Shown: positions 55,309 to 61,157 of the stretch, one piece after another
Position numbering within the stretch: the first letter of the stretch is position 1
How the letters are laid out: each line of letters starts with the position of its first letter
Source of the DNA: a virus
Taxonomy: Duplodnaviria > Caudoviricetes
Strand: one strand, 5' to 3'
Virus record (IMG/VR): IMGVR_UViG_3300037467_000294
Coordinates: 1-61,157 of that record
Length of the DNA: 61,157 bases
Notes under the pieces: model-generated
Databases searched by the model: none
Told to the model about the DNA's origin: nothing
What the model saw: only the letters and a program-made list of their open reading frames with translations
Made by a program: the position numbers and the translations under genes

Positions 55309-55386
55309 ATACGCGCATGTACCAAGGCTGGCGAGCGAGGTTCCAACCCTTGCTGTGGAGCGTTCGATTCGATTCCGCGTATGCCC
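55309..55386 (+). tRNA. tRNA-Trp(CCA), divergent, no encoded CCA
   Basis: Loop TT-CCA-AC, TTCGATT; weak D-arm. Confidence 0.55.
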
Positions 55387-55394
55387 TCTAAGGT

Positions 55395-55424
55395 AGCCCG
55401 TGTCTAACGATACGGGCTTTTTTT
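55395..55424 (+). terminator. Terminator of the tRNA operon
   Basis: AGCCCGTGTC-TAAC-GATACGGGCT followed by a T-tract. Confidence 0.85.
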
Positions 55425-55458
55425 GTGTTTCAGAAGAAGTATAACTAAGGAGCATTAA

Positions 55459-55701
55459 ATGACACCAAAACTTGTCGACATTGCAAGCGGATACGTTCCT
55501 GCGTTCATTCCGTTTGCATACGACCAATCTGGGCAGTTTGCTTTCAGTCCTGATTCCCTTTCTGTGTCGTACACCTACGACACAAGCAGCAATCTCCAAT
55601 CAGAGACTCGTGGACCCGATCTAGCTGGTAACTACTACAAGAAGACTTACACCTTTACAAACGGCCAGCTAACGGCAGAATCTATGTGGGTGAAGCAATG
55701 A
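55459..55701 (+). CDS. Small beta-rich protein (YD-repeat-like)
   Basis: YTYDTSSNL, TYTFTNGQL; AAGGAG RBS. Confidence 0.7.
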   Translation: MTPKLVDIASGYVPAFIPFAYDQSGQFAFSPDSLSVSYTYDTSSNLQSETRGPDLAGNYYKKTYTFTNGQLTAESMWVKQ

Positions 55702-57383
55702 CGCGGCTTGCTGACCTATTAAAGTTCGGAGCCAATGTCGGAAGTGATCTACACGTCACGGGCAACAGTGCTCCCGGTGGTGTCATAACAGGAGCTTATC
55801 TGAAAGGTTCTGGGACGTTCAAGTTCACCAGAACACCAGCGTCCGGGGGAGCAGCAGTGCCGTTTGGAAGTGAAGTATCGAGCGGTTCTACTTACACCGT
55901 GAAAATCTCGGACATGGGGTATATTATTGGGGCTGTTCCCGTAACTTACCTACCGCCCCCTGCTGCCGGAGCTACCGTTCGTGTAGCCCCGGCACTACGT
56001 CCAGTGACAGATCGTGGTGCGCTACCGAACTTCTACAGCACCAGTTCTCAGTTGACTTATTTGCAGTGCCGGTCCGCACACATCGCGCATGACGTGATCA
56101 CAAAGCCTGTGGTCGAGTGGACGCTGGCCTACCCGAATGGTTCTACCGAAAATGGCGTATCTAGCGTCGCAACACTAATTTCCTCATCGGTTGAATACCC
56201 AGCAGGGACGTTTACTAGGCTCACGTATAATGGATCGGTGAGTGCAACAATCGATGGCACTTCAATCTTGTCGAGTGATGCAAACACTCTTCTAGCCTCG
56301 ATTCCAGACGGCGCAACTTTCTGGGTATGGGTGAATTTGCACTATACGTCAACGAACAAGGCGTACTACGATGACGGACTTAATTTTTATTATACGACTG
56401 CATCCGGTGAGGTAACGAAGGCTTCAACGTCTGCCTTGACCGATTACACGATGGTAGGTGGAATGGTGTCAGGCGGCGTTGGCTCTCCGGGATGGTCTTT
56501 CCGTCCAGTGGCTATTAGGGATATCTCAACCAAGCTATCAGCATTCCTAATGGGGGACAGCCGTCAGCGAAAAACACAAGGGGTCTATGGACACGTTGAT
56601 CCGAAAGGACGTACAGGCGAAGCACAACGAGCTGTCGGTGCACGTATGGCCTGCATTAACGGTGCAGTATCAGGTGATAGCTACTTCAATGTGACCCAAG
56701 CTGGAGCGTACACTATCCGTAAGGCACTGGCCGACCGATGCGACATTATTATTGACGAATACGGCATCAATGATTTGGGCACGGGCGTCAATCTCAGTGT
56801 GGCTAGCTTCTCAAATGACATTAATACGATGCGTGCGTTGCTTGGCCCGACGAAGCCATATTTCCGGCAGACCATCACGCCGAGGGCTACTAGCACTAAT
56901 AGATTTACGGATACGGCTGGGCAGACTCCAACGTCGAACGCGTCTTACCGTAGTGCACTCAACGACGCGATTCGAAATGGCACGCTGACGCTCAACAACG
57001 CGATGGCGGGATATTTCGAAACAGCGGATGCTGTGGAGACAGCACGGAACTCTGGCATTATCAAACCACTGTCTGGGCGAGTTCTAACAGATATCACTGT
57101 TTCTGCCAATAGTACTACTGTTACATCGACTAATAATGATTTCACATCTGCTGATGTTGGACGCTCTCTATTTGCGTCGTCTAATAACTTCGGCGCAGAA
57201 ATTGTAGCTTACGTCTCTCCTACTCAAGTGACTATTAGTCAAAGCCAAACAACAGCTATCAACCCCGGCGATTCAGTTTACGTAGGACTGTCTACACAAG
57301 ATGGCCTGCACTACTGGCCCGAAGCAGAGATTTTAATGGCTGCTGACCCATCATGGAATCAGCTAGGAAATCCGCAGTATTAA
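55698..57383 (+). CDS. SGNH/GDSL hydrolase-domain protein, probably virion-associated
   Basis: LMGDS, GAVSG, YGIND and DGLH blocks; Thr/Ser-rich N-terminus. Confidence 0.82.
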   Translation: MTRLADLLKFGANVGSDLHVTGNSAPGGVITGAYLKGSGTFKFTRTPASGGAAVPFGSEVSSGSTYTVKISDMGYIIGAVPVTYLPPPAAGATVRVAPALRPVTDRGALPNFYSTSSQLTYLQCRSAHIAHDVITKPVVEWTLAYPNGSTENGVSSVATLISSSVEYPAGTFTRLTYNGSVSATIDGTSILSSDANTLLASIPDGATFWVWVNLHYTSTNKAYYDDGLNFYYTTASGEVTKASTSALTDYTMVGGMVSGGVGSPGWSFRPVAIRDISTKLSAFLMGDSRQRKTQGVYGHVDPKGRTGEAQRAVGARMACINGAVSGDSYFNVTQAGAYTIRKALADRCDIIIDEYGINDLGTGVNLSVASFSNDINTMRALLGPTKPYFRQTITPRATSTNRFTDTAGQTPTSNASYRSALNDAIRNGTLTLNNAMAGYFETADAVETARNSGIIKPLSGRVLTDITVSANSTTVTSTNNDFTSADVGRSLFASSNNFGAEIVAYVSPTQVTISQSQTTAINPGDSVYVGLSTQDGLHYWPEAEILMAADPSWNQLGNPQY

Positions 57384-57514
57384 TAACACGTGGGAAAATT
57401 AATGGCAACATTAAACCGATCCCACGTGTGCCAAGACTGCTGCCCCACCAACGAGGTTGGGGCAGCTTCTCACATAGCTTTTTAAAAGCTTACATACTAC
57501 CTTAAAGGAACAAA

Positions 57515-57958
57515 ATGAGCAAGTCGGATACATGGGAAAATGACCTCCTGAAACTGGTCTTTAATAATGTTGGAACATCCCTTATTGGTGACGCAACTGG
57601 TATCGTGCCTAGCACGACAGCGGGTAGTCTTTACCTGTCGCTTCATACGTCTGATCCGGGCGAAACAGGAACACAAGCTACTAACGAAACTGCGTACACC
57701 GGCTATGCTCGCGTCGCCGTCGCCCGTTCATCGTCTGGATTCACTGTCTCAGCCAACTCTGTAAATCTTGCAGCGAACGCTGACTTCGGCCAGTGCACCG
57801 CGTCGCCGGGAGGCAACCTTACACACTTCGGTGTAGGAACGTCGTCGTCTGGTGCAGGTAAGCTTCTATACAGCGGAACGCTAACACCCAACATTATAAT
57901 GAACATTGGCGTGCAGCCGCGTATTACGACAGCTGCTGGACTCGTTACAGAGGACTAA
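57515..57958 (+). CDS. Virion accessory/fibre-associated protein
   Basis: LYLSLHTSDPG...YTGYARVAV...THFGVG motif common in phage fibre modules. Confidence 0.7.
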   Translation: MSKSDTWENDLLKLVFNNVGTSLIGDATGIVPSTTAGSLYLSLHTSDPGETGTQATNETAYTGYARVAVARSSSGFTVSANSVNLAANADFGQCTASPGGNLTHFGVGTSSSGAGKLLYSGTLTPNIIMNIGVQPRITTAAGLVTED

Positions 57959-57964
57959 TTAAAC

Positions 57965-58372
57965 ATGGCAATCACGAAAGAAGAAATCCTTGCGAAATGC
58001 TCTGCTGAACTGATTGCCAGCCGTGATTGCCATGCAATTGCGGAGGTAGTTAGCGAAGGTAGGACAAAAGCTAGCGGCCTGACGATTGGCAACGGGACTA
58101 TTATCACTGCAATCGGAGATTTGGCGACCGCAAACACGCTGCTCGACGCATTACACAGCGATCAGCGTTTTAAGTACGTAATCCCTCTTCTAGATCAAGG
58201 CCGTCTAATTGGTAGCGATCCGTTAGTAGTGGCAACAATTCAAGCATTTGTGCCGTCCATTTTGAACCAAGCGCAAGCTGACAAGCTGATTGCTCTTTGC
58301 AGGGTAGCCGACCCAGTATCTCAAGGGGAAGTGGCAGAAGTTCTTTATAACCCTGACGGGAGTATGAAATAA
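57965..58372 (+). CDS. Hypothetical protein
   Basis: ORF in the structural operon. Confidence 0.7.
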   Translation: MAITKEEILAKCSAELIASRDCHAIAEVVSEGRTKASGLTIGNGTIITAIGDLATANTLLDALHSDQRFKYVIPLLDQGRLIGSDPLVVATIQAFVPSILNQAQADKLIALCRVADPVSQGEVAEVLYNPDGSMK

Positions 58373-58746
58373 TGGCAATCACAAAATCGAATAAGGTTAT
58401 TATCGCGGCGGGAACGTCTTGTGCCGCTGGCACAACCAAGGCGTCGCCGGGTGTAACTGGTACGGCATATGATTGCACTACGTATTACGGAGGCGAACTT
58501 ACTTGGCGTATTACTAATGGTTCGTCAGCTCCTACGGTGGCATGTACGATTCAGTTTCAAATTTCCCCAGATAACAGCACTTGGTACGACTATTATGCTG
58601 TGGCTGGCGATGTCACTGCTAGTAGCGCATACAGTGGAGCTTTTATCCTTGATAGGGGTGCTATGTATGTAAGGGCAATTGCTTACGGTAACGCAACTAA
58701 TGCAGTTACCGTAGAAGCAGCTCTTCAGGCCGTGACAGGAGTTTAA
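58372..58746 (+). CDS. Hypothetical beta-sandwich virion protein
   Basis: QISPDNSTWYD; coupled ORF. Confidence 0.7.
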   Translation: MAITKSNKVIIAAGTSCAAGTTKASPGVTGTAYDCTTYYGGELTWRITNGSSAPTVACTIQFQISPDNSTWYDYYAVAGDVTASSAYSGAFILDRGAMYVRAIAYGNATNAVTVEAALQAVTGV

Positions 58747-58747
58747 T

Positions 58748-60448
58748 ATGCCGGGGATGCGACACCAGCCGTCAGGGCGTGCGCAGCTTGATAAAACAAA
58801 TCCGCTGTGCCAAGGCATTGTGTTTGCAACAAGTGACCTAACTGTTCCTGTCTCTGCATCAGGTCACGTACAGACGCAGATCAGTCCGTCAACATTTGCA
58901 CGAACAACTGATCCTAACGGACGAGGGGTAGCAGTAAACGCATACTCCGCTAACGCTGCTATTTCTCTTCCGGCGAGTGTTAGAGACGCTATCGTAGGAA
59001 GTCCTTACACTATTGCGTGGATTTGCAGCCCAATCTTGAACTCTGCTGGCGGTCAATTGCTATATGGTAATCGTAACGACGGGCAAGGTACTGCGCAATT
59101 CACTGTCGTGCTGTCGCAGGGTCAATTGGTGGTTAGCAATGCTAGTACGTCTGTAACTTTTAACCGATCCAGCATTACGCAGGGCGGGAGAATGTCGATG
59201 TCGGTTAATTCGTCAACAGTAACGTTCCGCAATAGTGGAGGCACACAAGGACCGGCATTTAGTAGTTCTACGAATACTATTGGTCTTCCGGCGTCCACAA
59301 CTATTCTTCCCTACGTGTTGAATAAAGGTGATGGCGCTCGTGGATTTCTTTCTGGGGTAAGTTTCCTTGCGATCTGGAACAGGGCGCTAAGTGCTGCTGA
59401 ACAGGCCGCGTGGGAGGCTAATCCTTGGCAGATTTTTGCCAGTGCAGAAGATGAACATTACGATACGGATTACATTGCAGCAGCGGGAGGCATCTTTTCC
59501 GCAGACGGGTCGTCAATTGGTACGAGTAATCTGACGGCGGCAGCTAATGCTATTTTCAATGCGTATGGCTCTAGTACAGCGATTGCTGGTGCAGCAGGAG
59601 CTTCGACATCTGTGTTCCCGTCAAATGGAGCATCGAACGGGACAAGCTCGCTTGACGCTGCAAATATCGTGCTGTTCTATACAAACGCAGCAGCGTCCGG
59701 TACAAGTAATGACAGTGCAAGCAGCGTAAGCGTCTTTACGTCAGACGGATCAAGCACAAGTACTGCAAGTGTGTCCGGTAACGCTTATGCCATTTGGCGT
59801 GTGTCCGCAGAAAGCTTTGGCTCTGCTTCAAACTCTGGTGGCGGTGTAGCACTTGCTCCAGTTGCCGGAGCTTCAGCTGGGTCATCTTCGTCAGGTGGCG
59901 GCGGTTCATCTATGGGACCGGCCGATGGGTCGGCGGATGGAACAGCAGTTGGAACATCAAATGCGGCAGCAATCGCAAGCGCTTTCTACAATGCAATTGC
60001 AAATGCTGTAGGTAGCGCAACAGTTACGGCCGTTGGAGCATCAACCAATAGCGTAACAGCTAGTTCGAACGGGTCTGCGTCCGGAACAGGAAACGTTACA
60101 GCTTTGGCTACAGCGAACGCAAACACAGGCGGGGCATCGTCGGCAGCTGCTGGCGGGGTTATTTTGGCTTGCGCTTCTGGCGCAGCAACTGGCCTTGCGA
60201 ACGTTGGAGGTTTGTCCGTTGCTATCTACAGCACTGGTGGTATCTCAATATCAGCAGCACAAGTGCAAGCACTCGCTGCATCTGTAGCATCTACGTTCGG
60301 GAATTCGGAAGGACGTTCAACTGTATCTGGCGTCACGGAAGGAGGTTTGCATTATACGGCTTCTGGAGACAAGTTCTCGATTACGTTGGTCCTATCTCCG
60401 TACAAACTGACGTTTAATGATGTCCCTTTCAAACTGAAACTTAACTAA
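58748..60448 (+). CDS. LamG-like domain plus Ala/Gly/Ser-repeat fibre protein
   Basis: IWNRALSAAE LamG-type end, followed by ~21-aa A/G/S quasi-repeats. Confidence 0.72.
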   Translation: MPGMRHQPSGRAQLDKTNPLCQGIVFATSDLTVPVSASGHVQTQISPSTFARTTDPNGRGVAVNAYSANAAISLPASVRDAIVGSPYTIAWICSPILNSAGGQLLYGNRNDGQGTAQFTVVLSQGQLVVSNASTSVTFNRSSITQGGRMSMSVNSSTVTFRNSGGTQGPAFSSSTNTIGLPASTTILPYVLNKGDGARGFLSGVSFLAIWNRALSAAEQAAWEANPWQIFASAEDEHYDTDYIAAAGGIFSADGSSIGTSNLTAAANAIFNAYGSSTAIAGAAGASTSVFPSNGASNGTSSLDAANIVLFYTNAAASGTSNDSASSVSVFTSDGSSTSTASVSGNAYAIWRVSAESFGSASNSGGGVALAPVAGASAGSSSSGGGGSSMGPADGSADGTAVGTSNAAAIASAFYNAIANAVGSATVTAVGASTNSVTASSNGSASGTGNVTALATANANTGGASSAAAGGVILACASGAATGLANVGGLSVAIYSTGGISISAAQVQALAASVASTFGNSEGRSTVSGVTEGGLHYTASGDKFSITLVLSPYKLTFNDVPFKLKLN

Positions 60449-60455
60449 GGACGAT

Positions 60456-60785
60456 ATGCAAATCACACGTATTCGTGGAGATACAGCCCCGGATAGTTTC
60501 ACAGTCACTAACGCAAAAACGCGGGGTGTAGTGAACCTTACCGGGTGCACGTTCAAAATGACAATTAGTACCGTTCCTGACCCGGTTGATACATCTACTC
60601 AGGTATATCAATTGGACGGAGTAATCAACACCCCGGAAACGGGGATTGTTGAATTTTCCCCGACAGCGGATCAAGCAAACCAAGTAGGGTACTTCTACTA
60701 CGATGTTCAGATGACGGACTCGTACGGACGTGTCCTTACGTTAGATAAAGACGTGTACCTGTTCACACAGGACATCACGAAATAA
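60456..60785 (+). CDS. BppU-like Ig-fold adaptor
   Basis: RGDT, NLTG, GIVEF and YYDVQ. Confidence 0.7.
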   Translation: MQITRIRGDTAPDSFTVTNAKTRGVVNLTGCTFKMTISTVPDPVDTSTQVYQLDGVINTPETGIVEFSPTADQANQVGYFYYDVQMTDSYGRVLTLDKDVYLFTQDITK

Positions 60786-60796
60786 GGAGTAAGAGC

Positions 60797-61157
60797 ATGG
60801 CTAAAAAGAAGCCAATCCCGGAAAGCGTAGAGCAGGCGTACGAAGAAGAACAATTGGTTCTAGGGCCATGCTCTGAAAAGCAGCGGATGGTGTTGACGGA
60901 TAATACTACCGATATGCTGTTGATCGGTGGTGGTGCCGGAGGCGGTAAGTCGTATCTGGCACTTCTGAAAGCGCTTAACTTTTGCATGACCGACCCGGCA
61001 GCTCGCGTGCTAATCGTACGTCTGACGTACCCAGTGCTAAAAGCTGTCGGTGGCCTTGTGGACGAATCGAAGTACCTCTACAAGCAATTCGGCGCTGAAT
61101 TCAAACTGCAACCCCTTGAATGGCACTTCCCAAACGGCGCTGTCATTAAGTTCGTTG
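60797..61157 (+). CDS. terL: Terminase large subunit (N-terminal part, runs off the right end)
   Basis: Manual translation PCSEKQ...LIGGGAGGGKS...IVRLTYPVL...WHFPNGAVIKF; AAGGAG RBS. Confidence 0.92.
   Translation, partial: MAKKKPIPESVEQAYEEEQLVLGPCSEKQRMVLTDNTTDMLLIGGGAGGGKSYLALLKALNFCMTDPAARVLIVRLTYPVLKAVGGLVDESKYLYKQFGAEFKLQPLEWHFPNGAVIKFV

Noticed and set aside
51950-55599. Short ORFs overlapping the tRNA cluster
   Set aside because: They are translations of tRNA sequences; only 52736-53020 and 54095-54631 look like real genes.

Overview
This window is about 61 kb of a lytic tailed dsDNA phage. Gene content and order resemble PAK_P1/rV5/Felix-type myoviruses, and the host is probably a proteobacterium; both are inferences. 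Layout: (1) 1-30.5 kb, a minus-strand metabolism and replication arm with a Prs-like kinase, SLOG, HAD, glutaredoxin, NrdA/B, MazG, phosphoesterase, exonuclease, SSB, PolA, UvrD helicase, primase-helicase, ThyX, SleB hydrolase, and RNA and DNA ligases. (2) 30.6-44 kb, a plus-strand, AT-richer block of small early-type genes, bracketed by non-coding regions that carry DnaA boxes and palindrome arrays. (3) 44-50.7 kb, minus-strand genes including RtcB, HNH nucleases, an HD hydrolase and a serine recombinase. (4) 51.8-55.4 kb, a cluster of about 20 tRNAs interspersed with other structured RNAs. (5) Virion accessory genes and the start of the large terminase. The strongest candidates for undescribed biology are: a coiled-coil gene followed by a ~370-nt closed, heptamer-repeat ncRNA and a tRNA-Arg (11.26-12.44 kb); an sRNA at the head of the tRNA operon carrying both a 16S-complementary tract and an antisense copy of the phage's own RBS leader; and a ~20-copy GTAGYGYTAC operator-like motif. 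All protein calls come from motif recognition by eye; no database searches were run.
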